A stretch of DNA of 62,622 nucleotides, filler included, from Choristocarpus tenellus KU-1152 (GCA_964200185.2; 9 parts of 9 records of this genome joined end to end with filler, not necessarily neighbours in it); one strand, 5' to 3'; positions 37,891-52,558 are shown, numbered from the whole stretch's first letter. Notes: generated by a model from the sequence alone, not told the origin. Numbers and translations: made by a program.

Positions 37891-40805
37891 CTAAGTTTGA
37901 CTTGAGAGGGTTTTTTTCTCTATTATTCTTTATTTTCCCGAAATAGTTCAGAAAATGCCTTACGTACACATTTGAAAAAAAAAATCCACATATTTGTCAA
38001 CATCCTTATAATGCAACTCTTTTCCAGCAGGTACCACCAGGAAGATATCGTTGTAGTTTCCACATTCAGCACAGTTTTTCTTGTGAAAAGTTTTGATGAC
38101 CATGCCTTGCCATCTCTGAGATGTCCTCCAGCCACCACACACCAAGCTGTATACTGTATTATTAATACTTGCATAACACCTGTTAATAAATGATTACATA
38201 ATATTATCGGGGTTACACCAGGGACTTCACAGATGTAACGGACTCAGGGCAGAGTCTAGTTTTAGGGGAAGATCCTGTAACTTCGATACCATCATACTAG
38301 AATCTCTGTGGCTCGATCAATATTTTCTTCAAAGCATGTGCCACCCCAAAATCCATATACTGGAAGTAGGACGGAATGAGGTTTTTGAGGTGGAAGAGTT
38401 CAGTCAGGTGATTGTGATTGCCCCATTTTGCAGAGAGATTGGTAGCCTTGACACGTTCACCGTCGTACTCACGGCGAGGTTCGAATCCGGGAAATCGGCT
38501 TTATCAATCTCTTCTACATTCGTAAGAAACTTATAATTAATTGCGAAGGAGGGTGGGGTTTTTTCATCTATCCACCCTTTGACTGCGCGCTTTCTATTGA
38601 CACCCCCAAAATCCATGTCCCATCTCTGCTGTGGGTGAGTATATGTGACCATCGCCACACCCTAAATCGCACGACCGCAAGGTGCACGATCTCTTCGAAA
38701 ACGGTACAGATAGAAGTGTTACGATGAAAAAATAAAATAGTGCTCCTTTGTTTTTTTCTTATCTCTTCAAATATATTTTAGAGGTAGAAGGAAGGGAAGC
38801 GAGGTGGTATTATGATGATAGTGCCAACTATCCACTACGTAGCTTGCATCAATAGCTATTGTTAGTAATAGCTTTGCACTGAATGAGTCGCAGTTGGTGT
38901 TCATTGTTAGCAATCAAATATTTAGCCACCACTCCTTGAAGGAATATAGTCAAAACAATGCACTACTGCGTGGGAAGCATGCCCTTCACAGCACATACAG
39001 ATTACCTTCATACTCCAGACGGAGAACATTCTATATGCTGGGGTGCGCACCAGTATTTTCCCTTGAAAGTATGCACGAGCAACTTTTATTGACTCCAATA
39101 GTACCCACCCGCTGCTACACACTCAGAAAAATCGATCCATCAATAATAGTGCGTTAACACTGTAGGTTGCTTGCCTCGCTGTTCGAAAACGTGCCAGAAG
39201 AACTCCAGCACTGCCACAGTCAACCGATTCATCCAAGTACTCACCCTGACCCTGCCAAGATCAATTATCTCTTGCTATGCTGTACCAACAATCGCCGTTA
39301 AACAATGTAAGCTATACGGCAAGTTCGAAACACCTCATGTCATTCATCGATGCTTGACCCACTTTCACTCCAACAGCAGCAACAATAACACCAACACAGC
39401 AGAGATGATTCGGGATGAAAATCCTTGTCCGTCAACAGCTTGATTTCAAGAAGCACAACTGTGAGTGCACGAGGCACATGGGGAGAAAACCAAAGCGATC
39501 TTTTTAATGCCAAGTGCTTTAGGCTGGCGTATTTGCCTCATGTTGTACCAAAACAACTGTACCTCCTCTTGTACTCTTATCGTTTACGTTGTGTGCGATC
39601 TCTATGCATGCTATGATCGACCTATCAATAACAATTTCAATTATTCCACACCGTTGTTCCTCTTGTCGATCCACACACAACAATACCCCATACCATTCTC
39701 TGTACCATAACACTGAAAGTCCTTACTTAATCAACTCCCTAGATGTGTGATTTACAAGTTATTTATATTTTAGAAAAATTGTATAAATGTGAACTTTAAT
39801 CTGCTCAAGTGTTTATTCTCAACAACAAAAAGGTGAGACAAATTCGGCTGGTCAACCGACACTCCAATCAAGGATCACCCAATCAATCGGACCTCATTCA
39901 AGACTCAAAAAGCAGTCAGTTCTCCCTCCCCTCCCCTGCCCCCCAACCTGCTATTGCCTATTATTGGTAAGGAAGCAAATCCGAGCAACACAAAAGGGAA
40001 ATGACCTCACAAGCATTGCAAAAAGGTATTTTGCTATCTCTGGATGATAACCATAATGGTTAACTATCTACCCTACCTGTTAATCCTCTCGATCCAGGTA
40101 AACGGTTCCACACAATTGACCGTGTGTAATCTAACAGCTGCCTCTTCCTGTATTCGCCCCAGGCCTGCACTATGTCAAAGGAAAAAACAAAGCTTTATGA
40201 TGCAACATACTCATCTCCTGCAAGGGAGGGCTGATAATCCACTTTGATGGCCTAGGCACCAAGCAGACAGTATTCTCCTGCAGAGCTTGCACTTCAGCAA
40301 TCACTCAGCAACAAGCCAGAATATGGCGCCAATGCTATCTTTCGGTGTGTTTGGCTAAGGAGACTGGGCTAAGAGATAACAGAATAAAACAAAAGTGCCG
40401 CAATCAATCCTGCCCTGGATCATCTACTACAACTATTACAACAAGTTTAGCCATCATACAGAACAATGGATGATGGCATGAGACAAGAACCCATCACAGC
40501 CATGGCGGTAGAAAGACTGCATTGGAATGCACAATGGGTTGGCCCTCCCCCACATTCTACACCCTTTCCTCCTAATGCTGCCCCGAGTTGTATCCCATTC
40601 GACTTTGGCATTCAGACAGTGCCATTCTCTCCTTGTATATGTGTGGTTGTATCTCTTCACCTTCAGTTTTCCTTCCTTCCCTCCCCCTCCCCCACACCAT
40701 ACGCCTCTACTCACTTTCTACCCAACTAATCAGGGACACGAAACACTTCACTGACTTGCACACTACGCTCTTTCATCACAACGCCTTTTCCGCCCCCTAT
40801 TCCAC

Positions 40806-43800
40806 TCATCTGAGCTCATCTCCATCACTCACATTGTCCTCATCATAGAAATCAGAATAATCTTCATCCTAAGGAACAACAGTGCCGCACAAAGGTAGGC
40901 GCAAGGTGTGTCACGAGAACAGCAGCAAGAGGGTGAAAAGTAAAGTAGAGTCCCTGTAAAGTAGAGTCCCTGTAAAGTAGAGTCCCTTCAATCAGGTTTA
41001 GGGCTGTCAACATTGCTCACACCAATGATGCCATAGTGCACTCCAGAAAGGAACGTCCTCAACAAGACTCGTAGCACTAAAAAGCCTTGTGTAGCACTGC
41101 AGTAACACCAAGAAAAATAGGTATTTTTTTTCCATGTTGGAGGAAGAATACACCCTACCAACTATATGCGAAAAATAGGTCCAACTTTTCATTGGTCTAG
41201 ATGTTACTCCTCATGCCACGATTCACCCCGGAGTACAAATACTAATGGGCATTGGCCACGTAAGTAACATTTTTTCTCCTCACCATATCTGCCCCCAACA
41301 TAAGTGCTGTCTCTTGCGTCCTGTGGCGGGCTGTAGAGGTTCTATTTTTTTTCTTTTGCTGGACAGCCTTGCTACCCCTTGCCCCCTTCTCAGCAAGCAG
41401 GAGAGCCTGTACAAGAACAGTTCACACATATGCACCAACACAAAGACGAGTCTCCTTATGTATAAGAAAAATAAATAAAACAAGAATAGGGTCAATCACA
41501 TCGCGGCACACATTATTAACTCAAAATACCCCCCTCCCTCCTCTCCCCAATATCTCATCAATACGCAAAGAGCAACTTCCAAAAAATTGTTGGACGTAAC
41601 AATGTGTTGAAATAATAATACCTCACACACAAAATTCCTTCAAAAATAATTTCCCGAGAGCATACATCTCAAGCAAAATACTTGGAGTACAACACCTCCG
41701 ACTTCAACCTGTTGCACTAAAAATAAAAATAACAGTATCAGAGAAATTGCTCACAAAACAAACCATCCCCAGTGAAATGCTTTTCAAAGTACAGATGAAG
41801 CACTACCAATAATCATGACACCACAACACGAGTCCATTTCCATTACAACACCACAAATGACCAACTACTTTATCCCTTCTCTAATTTTTTGGGGAAAAAA
41901 AAGACAACCATTTCCAAGGGTAAACATCACAGTAAACATGCTCCAAAATACATCAGCAATGAACAATCCTCTCCTAGAGATAGCAAACCCCAATCCTAAC
42001 CACAAACCAGCACGCTCCGCCCCCTCCCAACACCAATCCAGCCTTCCCCATACCTCATCCTCCGGCCGAGTGAGGACCGCCACCCCCATGGGGTCTTCCT
42101 CCTTATCCATAACACACACAACATCACCGTCCATGAGGGAGTAAGGAGCCTCTCTCAGGTTGGTCACAACCTTGCGACCATCCCCCCCTCCGCCAGCACC
42201 CTTCTTCTTAGATCCTCTCTTCTTCACCTGTGGAGGCGTGTGCACATGTGTGTATTCAATGCCTAACCCAAACAGTAGAATATACACAACAATAACAATA
42301 AAAAACATTTTTGTAGATCCAAGAGGAACCTCTGCCCACTCCCCTTCCCCTCCCCCTCCCAACCCATGCCATGAACCTTTGTTGTACCTTGCGAATACCT
42401 AGTTCGGGGGTGAGAGGAAGCCATTGATGCCTAACCCAATTGTGTTTCACCGCCTGGACCCTCTCTGAGGGAATATCAAAAGCAGCTCCAAGAGCCTCAT
42501 GGAGGTTTTCCAGTGTAGGCTGGAGGGCGTTCTCAATCACCACCTTGTTTCATATGTGTGTAGTGTGCATAGGGGGGGGGGGATGTTGAAAAAAAAATCA
42601 ATGGTGGACGAGATTGTATCACAATAGTCCAGCCATACTTTTTTCACACTTGAATGAATAAAAAACAAGACGTACCTTGAAATCAAAGTTAAATACACCA
42701 TATTAGGACAAGTACAGCAGTCATGGCAATGTCTACCAAGGACATTGCAGGGACAATCATTACAACCAAGAGATACATCAAAGCACTACTAAATAAGCAT
42801 GGCCAGTCTTAAAAAAGAAAACTATTACAGTGGTATGTACTGCTGGAGAGTGCCAAGTAATAAGAACAAAAACAGCGGTTATTTTCCTTCTCCCCCCTTG
42901 TCCCGGCTTCCTCCCAATCGGATCAGGTTTTCCGTTTTATTGTCACTCAGTAGTCATCAGTTCTCAATACTTATTCATATGGGATCTTCCACTATCACAC
43001 TGTCAAATGTAGAACAGATTTGGAGACCACACTAAAATCCAGAGCTGTGGAGATACAAGAGACAGCCACCATCTCCCTCACCCCCCTCCACCCTTCATGC
43101 CCCATCTCCCTCCAAATCATTGCAGCATCAAACCGCAAAAAATGAACGCAACTACTATTAGTAAAACCTTCAGTCTGCCACTAAATGCACCACCAGTGGT
43201 GTATATAATACACACTACTGCACCTATTCATTTACAGACCAAAAAAAGATTGTAAACACCAGCTACAGACAGCCCCTGCCTGGGAGGGACCAACGTGAGG
43301 CAAAAAAAAACTTATGGGTGGGCAGATAGGGTGGGCAGATATTGACAAGTACACACGTACAAAGGAACACAAAAGCAGCACACCAGTCAACAGCTCTTGA
43401 AAAAAAAAAGAAGCCAGGTTGGTGTCATCAGACTCTAGTGTAACCACAATACTCTTCAGAGTATAGAGCACACTGAAAGGTGTAACGTACCTGATGAACA
43501 ACACACACACACACACACACACATTTCATAAAGCATAGGTCAAGTTTGCGCCAGGCAAAGCATCATCTTGAGAAAGATGATAATATCCCACGATCAAAGC
43601 ATATGGGGTCGGTATGTATAGTATGTTATGATCTATGCTGCCAACGGTATAACCCTAACCTATTATACTTTGCTGACCACTCTGCAAAGTCAATATTTTA
43701 CATCCTGGTGTGGTGTCACAAAAGAACCTCAATTGATAATGGGGAGGGTGAAAAATAACAAGTAACCACTATAGGCAGGGGAAGATCCTTGACAGATATT

Positions 43801-44913
43801 GGGAGGAGGGACTGGCTAATGGGAAAAAATTGCTTGACTTTTGAAACTTGCTACCTGCAAAATGTCAATAGCTTAACAGTCACATCAAGATACTTTAACC
43901 ATACCTCAACCATCCCGCCCACCCAATCTACACAACCCTTCAAAGATAGAAGACACACACACACATACGAACACAAACCCCAAAAATCTACAAATAAAAA
44001 ATAAGGTGCTACCAAGAATATATACCAAAGCTTGCACTCATACACAATACATGCACATACACACACACATATAAGCAAATTCTTGGAATCATAATTGTCG
44101 TGTGAGAAGAGGCAAACAAAAAATCATGTCTTAGCCTCCTGACTGACACCAGAAGTCATGAAATACAAGGGGAAGGGAAAAAAGAAAAAAATAAGGTACA
44201 CTATAATACTACTACCGTCTATCACACCAAAGTACACTGACACACTAAAACAAAGACCGATCTTCGCTCAGCTTTACAGCATAACAAGCAAATACAGTAC
44301 CACACCTTCCAGCAGGAAAACTTACCCACCTAGAACAACATAATAATACAACCCAGATACAAATCACAACACCCAAGACACCTCAACCCCCCCCCTCCAA
44401 CCCCTGCTGCTACCCACGCCGGTACCCTTCACAATACACAATCAAACGACTCGATATTCACATACTACTCCCAATTACACTCCAACGAGCAAATAGCACC
44501 ACATTTTACAACTATTTTGGGTAGGGGCTAAAATAAAAACAAAAGACTAGTATACTTGGAGCACCATACTCTCAAACAAAAAAAATATCAATTTGATCAA
44601 ATGGAAAATAGCCCTAGCCCCACACCTCCTTCAGTGGTCCCGGCCACTCAGGCTTGTCCCTTGGCAATGCTCCTCCTTCCCCCAAGGGGTTAAGCCTGAT
44701 GAATGTCCACAAGTGCAGGTCTGTTGGTGGATCCACCTGTTCCAACGTATCCCTTGAAACCAAGGTGGTGGTGGAGGCGGCAGCGGCAGCGGCAGCGGCA
44801 GCAGCAGCAGTAACAATGCCCTCACTTGAGGAGGCGTTGTTAGCCCCACTGCTGCTGTTATTCCCACCCCCTCCCTTCTTACCCTTCTTGGAGGTACCTC
44901 CACCAGAGACAGC
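40806..44913 (-). CDS. USP40: ubiquitin carboxyl-terminal hydrolase 40-like, 3' exons (5' part beyond linker)
   Basis: Phase-0 GT-AG exons 44626-44913, 42388-42543, 42054-42227, 41284-41406, 40806-40868; motifs AVKHNWVRHQWLPL, NLREAPYSLMDGDVVCV and RTQETALML resemble the USP40 C-terminus (APYYLKDGDTIGV, PETSLSI). Confidence 0.75.
40942..40986. repeat. 16-bp tandem repeat x~3 (AAAGTAGAGTCCCTGT)
   Basis: Direct inspection; last intron of the USP40-like gene. Confidence 0.9.
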
Positions 44914-45135
44914 CTGCTGTGTGCGTATGTGTGTGGTTTCAGTAAGGAAATGTGGGTATGAGAGAGAGGGGGTGGGGGTGGGGGGGGAATCGTTCAGATA
45001 ATATCATAGGGAAATACTTGTACAATTTAGTATAAGCTCTATAAAAGGTCTCTGCTTCACTCAAAACCCTCCATGCATAAATTGGAGATACCTAGAATAA
45101 CATGTTCCAAGACTAGAGCAGAACTTATACGTACC

Positions 45136-45166
<31 letters not shown>

Positions 45167-46465
45167 GTGGTAATGCACAAGAATGGACAACAGAAAGTAC
45201 TAAATTAGTGTGCAGCAAGTATCTCATCAGCACAAACCCTAACCTTAAGTCATGCACCTTTGAAAACCTACTCAACAATACAGTCACAACCCATCAAACA
45301 CCAAAAAAAGAAAAAAAAAAAGTTGAAGCCACACTGCTTACCCCCCCNNNNNNNNNNNNNNNNNNNNNNNNNNNNNNNNNNNNNNNNNNNNTTAATTAAT
45401 TAANNNNNNNNNNNNNNNNNNNNNNNNNNNNNNNNNNNNNNNNNNNNAAGAAATTTTTTGAAAAAACAATTAAGGAAATTGTGGGTTGTAAGTTCCCCCC
45501 CCCCCCCCCCACAGTACACAGATAGTCTATACATTAGAATGACATTAGACAAGAACTGCAGCCACTGTTGCTTGTACAATGAGAGGGTTGCAAAATAGGG
45601 TGGTACGAAATGGTCACTTTTCTCGGGGATTTTTTTCTGAATATTGTTCTTATTTTTTGTGTCGCCTTTGACACCTCCGGTTTTTGTTCTTATTTGAAAA
45701 AGGCGCACTTCGTGTGTTACTATCATTTTATTTTGTTATCCCCAACGAGAATTGGAATAGGGTTAGGGTTTGGTCGGTACAGTATTGAATGTGGAAAGAA
45801 GATCTGTTTAGTTGTACCTTCTACTGTCGGTGATGTACCTCGTTCTGTCATACGGAAACGCTGGGGACTCCTTTTTCAGTTGGCGTGTGTTTTCTGATTT
45901 GTGTGAAGGCTTACCCTTTTGTCCCCACTCCACTGCCAACCCTAACCCTAAACATGTTGCAATGACTACCAAGTCTAACCCTAACCCTAATATCTTTTTA
46001 GTGGGTTGTGTTTGTCGTACTGCTGATGCAGGCACTTACTTTCATCATCCACAGTTTTCTGTGCCATGGTAGTTGTTAATTCTCCACTTCTAGAAAGAAC
46101 CTTGTATATTTCTCTCTTTCCTCGCTCTTAAAGGTTGCGTAGTCTAGAGAGGAAGTTACTGGGTAGCTTTACCGGACCCCATAAAATGTTGGTCTGGATA
46201 GCAGTGGTATCTGTGGAATGAAGTGGTTCATTTATGTGTGTGTGTGTGTGTGTCAAGAGCAGTTGTCAGGGGAGTGTGCGACCATCAACTTGACAACGGT
46301 TGGGGAATTAAAAAAAAAAAGTTGATTTTTTTATTTTCCAAGACAATTCGGTGATGAAGGCGTTGGAGTGATTGGTTAAAACCGGGTGAAAGCCCTCTTT
46401 GATTGGTTTGACTCACGAAAAGACACTTGTGGTTTGATTAATTGTTTAAAAAAAAAAAAATACAG

Positions 46466-49044
46466 ATGGAATCTGGCTGTTCATCGGGAGTGACCCGTTG
46501 GAGGCCAGCATAGCAACCAAAGGCAGGCCGACGAACAACTTGTTTGCTTACAATTTTTTTGACACTGCAGACCATGGGATCTACGCTTTGAATTCTGATG
46601 AGACCCGATACATTGGAAATGTAAGTTGTTGAATTTTTTTTGTTTGGGGGGGAATGAGGTGGAAGCATGTGTGCGTTGAAGGAGGGGGGACTGGCTCTAT
46701 GCTCTGACTGTGAGGGTTATGAGTGTCTGTTCCGAATTTCAAACTTGTTGGAATGGGGGTTCTGATTATTGTTATGAGTGACGGATGTGGGTCGTTCCTC
46801 GAGTTGTGTGTGCTGGTATTGAGAAGCTTTTGTTTGTGTAATGGATTGTATTTTCAAGGGACGCGCATAGTTCTTGTATTAGGTAGGAGGTGGTGTGTTT
46901 GTGTGTTGTATTGGTTATGTTGTTGAAATTGCAGAGACATGACGTATAGATGACAACGTTGTGTGAGTTGAACCTGTTTGGTTTGAAGCATTGCGTAGTG
47001 CTTACTGAAGGTATGCTTGTTCCATTGGTCCTTACATGTATCTTTTTGTATAATGCTCCCTATCTCTACATACATATTTGGTATTGTGTGTGATACATAG
47101 TTGTGTTGGTGTCTGTGTTTTTACCTCCCAATATCAGTCTTGGATGGTGTGCTTTTATACTATAATGTACCAGTCTTGGAAGAGGTTAGTTCAGCCTTCG
47201 TGATGCTACAAGTATAGCTGTACTAGGAGGACAACTATACCATCTGACTTGTTCTATGGGTATTACTTTTGTAGCTTTGAGTGAAACCACGAAGAGAGAG
47301 CTCAATCTTTTCCCTTTTTGAGTTTCGAAAGGCCCTCTTTGAACTTTGTCTAACAGTCATCACTCATTCCCATGCCTGAAATATAATCAACCCCCCTAAG
47401 GAGAGTGACTGTAGAAGAAGATTATCTGTGAACACATCATGTAGCTGAAAGCACCCTCCTCAGTACTGAGCTTACATCTCAAGGCAGCCATAATGACGCT
47501 AAAATCTCCACGACAACCCCCCCTCGTACATGGTATCACTCATGAATATAATCACTGGTGCATGGAAAGGGTCTCTTGTTGTGGGAAGTACTACGGACGT
47601 TCTGTCCTGTAGTGTTGTCTATTGTTGTCTATTGCAGCGGGTCAATTCGCTGTGACCAAACAAAAGTAGCGTCTGATTTTATGGGGGGGTGTCTTTTCAA
47701 ACAAGTTTTTTGGGGTGAACGTGTGGTTCCATCCTTGTGCTACATGCATGTTTTGGTTTTGATCAAGTACTTGGAGAAATCTTTATTATTGTTGTTGTTG
47801 TTGTTGTTATTATTATTATTATTATTATAGCCGGTTTTAATAATTTACACTCGATCACTGTGTTCTCTATTCGGGGCAACGCTTTTCCGGCTTTGGTCTC
47901 TCACTCCTGAAAACGTCATTGGCAAAATGTTGGTGGGAATGTAGTAGTACTTCTTGTATTTTCTGCTTTTGTGGGATAAAATGCCGTTGTTGGATCAGTG
48001 TGTCTTGTTTGTACTGGTCTTCATTATTGATTTTGTCAACTCCTTTCCAATCACCCTTTGTTTCTTGAGAGGACCCCTTGTGTGTGTGTGTGTGTGTATC
48101 CACAGCAAGTGTTTCTTGGCGTCTAGCGTCTTGACCCATACTCCCCTACCCCTTCCTTTATTTGCTCATGTTGGCAGACGTTTGTGGGCACTGACGACAA
48201 CTACTTCAATGGAAATGATGAGATACTATGGAAGGTGGGTTCGATACATTTTTTTTTTTCTGGGGGGGGGTGGGGGGGATGCTCGAATGCAATTGGGGTG
48301 CTTAGTCATGCAAGGCCATTCCACAAGATATTTTTTTTCTTTTACAAAGTTGAAGTGTGTAGACTCATTACCGATTTGTTTGAATTTGGATGAGGAATGC
48401 TTGGGTGGAACTGGCTCTATGGGCTGTGAGCCAGTGTTGGACTTGCAGGTGTTTGCCCTCTGTGAAGTAATGTCTGTAAAGTAATGAGATGAGTAATGCT
48501 TGCTTGATATTGATCCTGCCCTTTAGGATAACGCCCCTTAAATTGCTCTCGTCCTCATCCTTCAACTCATCATACACCAACTGCTTTTGGGGTAAGTTTG
48601 GGCTGACTGTGTTAGAGGCTTGCATTGGGATGCTGTTCCTGGTCGCTGTGTTGTTGTTAAGACCAGTAGATTACTTCCGTGTGCAGTTGGGGTGGGGTTC
48701 CTTTTTTGTTCTTACATTCTCTTGAAAAAAAATAAAGACATGTAATTTCAGCCTCTTCACACTCATCTTTAATAATAAAAAAAAAGACATGTTCCTCGTG
48801 ATAGACCTTTTTGTTTGGCCTAGTTCAACCATTTTGCACTAGCTAGAGGAAAACAAAAGAATCTACGACACACTCACGCTAACCCTAACCCTAACCCTAA
48901 CACAAACGGACACACGCTCGCTTCTCGCAGGACAATGTAGTCTACTCTGACTTTGATATGGACATGGAGTCCAGTTGTCTGTCAGCGGGATCGGACTTCG
49001 CGCAGGTGTCAGCCGCAGGGGGAACAGAGAAGGTTTGCTCCTAA
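46466..49044 (+). CDS. mannuronan C-5 epimerase (alginate epimerase, parallel beta-helix), last three exons
   Basis: Exons 46466-46620, 48178-48234, 48931-49044: GIWLFIGSDPLEASIATKGRPTNNLFAYNFFDTADHGIYALNSDETRYIGN/TFVGTDDNYFNGNDEILWK/DNVVYSDFDMDMESSCLSAGSDF..KVCS*; the GSD..GRP.NN and terminal C..C pattern is typical of brown algal MC5E. Confidence 0.75.
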
Positions 49045-52000
49045 GAAGGGAGTCTTGTGGATGCATGTGGCTGCGTGATGACATGTTGTTGTCTTGTGTC
49101 CAGTGCTCACCACTGGGCTTGCTTCCTGTCATTGAAATTAACCATTTCAAAATATGAATGCGCTCCGAAACGTTTTTGCGGATACTTCCAACCTTGAGGG
49201 GAGGGGTGGAGGGGAGGGAGGCTTCTGGGCCTTTTTTTTTTCTTTGTTTTTGTGTGCCTGCTCGTTGTGGATGATTAAATTTGGAGTAGGGGTCTCCCAA
49301 CCACCTTGATTGATTTTTTTTTCGTTTGGAGAGGTAGGCACTTTCTTACTGTACCCTTTCTCTTGGTGGTGTTCTTTGTTTCCGAGTGTTATGTTTTTTA
49401 TCATTATTTCATTAAATGCGTAGGTGAAACTGTTTTTTGACGTATATTGTTTGCAGGCAACCCCCGTCTGAGTAAAAACGTTTTTGTTTTTTTTAAATTG
49501 TAAACAGGCTACCTCCCTTTGTGCAGGTGTAGCATATTGATGTCTTCGTTTTGAGTAGTGTTATTTGTTCCTCCCAATGTGCCCACGGGACTTGAGAGGT
49601 ACCTACCTCCCTGAATTACTGTCGACTGTTGTTTGCAATTTCTAGCAGATTCAGTTGTGAACTAGGGTCACCAATGTGGATATACACCATTTCATTTGAC
49701 TGGGTGCATTCAGTTATGGTGTGTAGATGTGTTTTTTCCTGCTGCTTTGTTCAGAATATCCAATCTTTTACCTATTGTATAAGAAAGTCTTTCAAGTTGC
49801 TTTTCAGGTTTTAGCAGTAGCCCAGACCTTGGTACTTCGCATACTGCCTTATAAAAATATTGCATTAGTTCTTGGGGGCTAGATTATCACAAGTGGGTTT
49901 CACCTAAGATTGTCTGGTGTGTGACAGTAAATATCACAGGGAGGATATTGCCGTCAAAAAATGTCATCAAGATTAGTCTCCTTGGATGGAAGTTCACTTG
50001 GCTAGAAAATAGTGAATAATTTGAGCTGTTGTGTGACAGGGGAAAATCCCTCAGCGGAGAGATCATATGCTTTAACATTATGGATATCAACAAGATTTTG
50101 GACAAGCATAGTGTATGGACATGTCATCTTGATATTTAACATTTAATACTGTGTCCAAGGTTGTGTGGACTTGAGTTTCAGGATATTTTCCCACCAGATG
50201 AAATTAGGTGTCCAGTAGTCAATATCAGGGTCAACAGCATTCTCCGATTTCTCAGGAGAATCGGCTGCTCAGTGCATCTCAAACGCGCAATAGCGATAAG
50301 CTCTTCAGAGAGTCCCTGCCCTTGCTGCTGCTGGTGGGATAAACTTCAGGGATTGGACAGCAGTCATATCACGGGCTTGATTCAACTGGTGTCCAAGAGG
50401 TCCAAACGACCCCCATCGAGTGTCGAACCTGCCTTCCCAACCTTTCCAGGAATGGAAGTCTGAGATGGGTCAAACGGTTGGATGGGATAAGTTTCCTAAC
50501 ATGATGGCAACCTTCTCGATCTATAGTATTCATTCATACACAGAGTGTACACAGGTTCCCTCACTACTTGGACCGTTCACCAGACTGACAGTTAGCTGGG
50601 CAGACCTGTGACCTAGTCCCCTAGAATCATCTGGTACCCTGGCCCAGGCCCTCCAAGATCTACCTTAACCAGAGCAACCGGTGGTAAGCTTTTGTTATGC
50701 CCTGACCTCGCTATGGCCCCTGTAGTCCTGGTCTGACCCTTTAAGAACGTTTTTGTCGAGTTGACTAAAAACTCGACCCTGTTACAGTTGATGGCGATAT
50801 GCTCACCCAGTCCCGTCTGCATCCCTGCTGTAAAGGTCTCTTTGAAACACATTTTGTATTCATCATATGAATGAGAGCAAAGACTTAATCACTCCTTCAT
50901 AATGAAGAGTGGTGAGTAGGAAAAGGTGTTTTAGACTACCTGTCAAGATTCAAGAAATTTTCAAGTTCAAATATGAAGTGCCTGTGACTTTTTAGACCTC
51001 AGGAGGTCTCTTGGGGAGGGGAGGGGGGTCTACTTGCAAGTGATTTGCAATACACACAAGCGCTTTCCTCTTTCGCACATATGGCTTCATCCACTTCTGC
51101 AACAGGTTCATTACAACACCGTTTCAGGAAGCTCTATTGTAGCCCCTATATGCCTACTAGATATGGAACTGGTGTAAAGAAACGCATGTCCGAAATAGAA
51201 TCACAGTGTTAAGTGTGCAAGCATGGGCACGGATTTTGTGGAGTGAAGGCCTCACATCGAGTAAGATTGAACGCTATGCAAATGGTCAACAAAAGAGGTG
51301 AGTTACAACATATGATGGAAGGAATAGGTTGAAATTAAATGAGAATGCTAATTCCAATTTTTTGGTGTTTTCAAGGTTGAGTTAGACCCAGCAACTAGTT
51401 CTTGTTCCAGAAATGATAACATTATCAGTACATCAATAACCCCTCCATCTATCAATCCTTCGTTCGCGACAACAGGGAGATGGTGAAGAGGGAGAGAGTG
51501 TTGTCATGCATGGTGGGTATTTGGCCATTCTTCTCTCAAAGGTCCTTGATATAAGTTCCAACACCTACGTTAATTATTATTGGGGCAAAATATGTATGTG
51601 AATATTAGACCAGTCATGCATACATGTTGTGCACACACGATATACTATTATCATTAGTATGGTAGTTTTTGTATTCTTGCATGCTCTATGTTATTCGTAT
51701 CCTTTACATATCATGCATTCCTATTAATATTGTCATCACCACAACTCACTATGCCGATCCTTGGTGTTTTCAACCATTGCTCAATAGAAGAAGATAGGAT
51801 AGCAGTATTCCCACAAACTTCAAAATGTTAGCACCCACGTTTCCATGGATATGGATCCTGTAAATGATCAAAACCGGTATTGATCCATTTGAGCAATGTG
51901 TAGCTGACATTGATGTGTCTCAGCAAATTACTACCCCCTGCAAGTCACAATCAGTACCTTATGGAAGCAGGACAGGCGAAGTTTTCAAACGACAAAATTG

Positions 52001-52506
52001 GGTCCATTAAAGAAATGTGCAAATGACTCCTTACGAGATCAAGATCATTCAGAACACGAAATTAGCGAGTAGGCGTAAAAATCTGAACCAGATGTCAATT
52101 TTCTAGGTACTCTAAAAGATCACTTTAACAAGTGTGACAGACTGGTACTTGCAAAGAAGTCTCAGAAGTATGCCTTCACGGGGTCATTATTAGCAACAGT
52201 CATAGTGTGGTACACTGACTTTTAAAGGTTACGTAATTTTCTGAGGGATAGTTATGTTGGCATAGGCGTTCATACGCTGCAGCAGGTCGTGTCCACCTAT
52301 CAGATTGTATTGAGTATTTTATGGAAGGTCTCTCCGTTTTGAACCACGCTGGGGTTGTGCTTGACAGATTGCTGACATAGGCATGTCCTACAGGACTCCT
52401 CTGCATGAGGAACCAAATGGTGACGACCCCCTACTCTGATTGGTCTTGACAGGGGATATCATTTGAAAGAGGCTGGATGTCATCGGAGGTGGTAGCGTAT
52501 TTTTCA

Positions 52507-52558
52507 GGGTCAAAGTATCTGGGGGGTGGGAGTGGTTTGTGAGGGGGCGTCCGTTTCG
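52507..52558. mobile_element. MITE family B-type end (truncated by linker)
   Basis: GGGTCAAAGTATCTGGGGGG...GCGTCCGTTT. Confidence 0.6.

Noticed and set aside
43380-43492. extra USP40-like exon after CATCAG acceptor
   Set aside because: No phase-compatible donor found; the flanking exons join directly in phase 0
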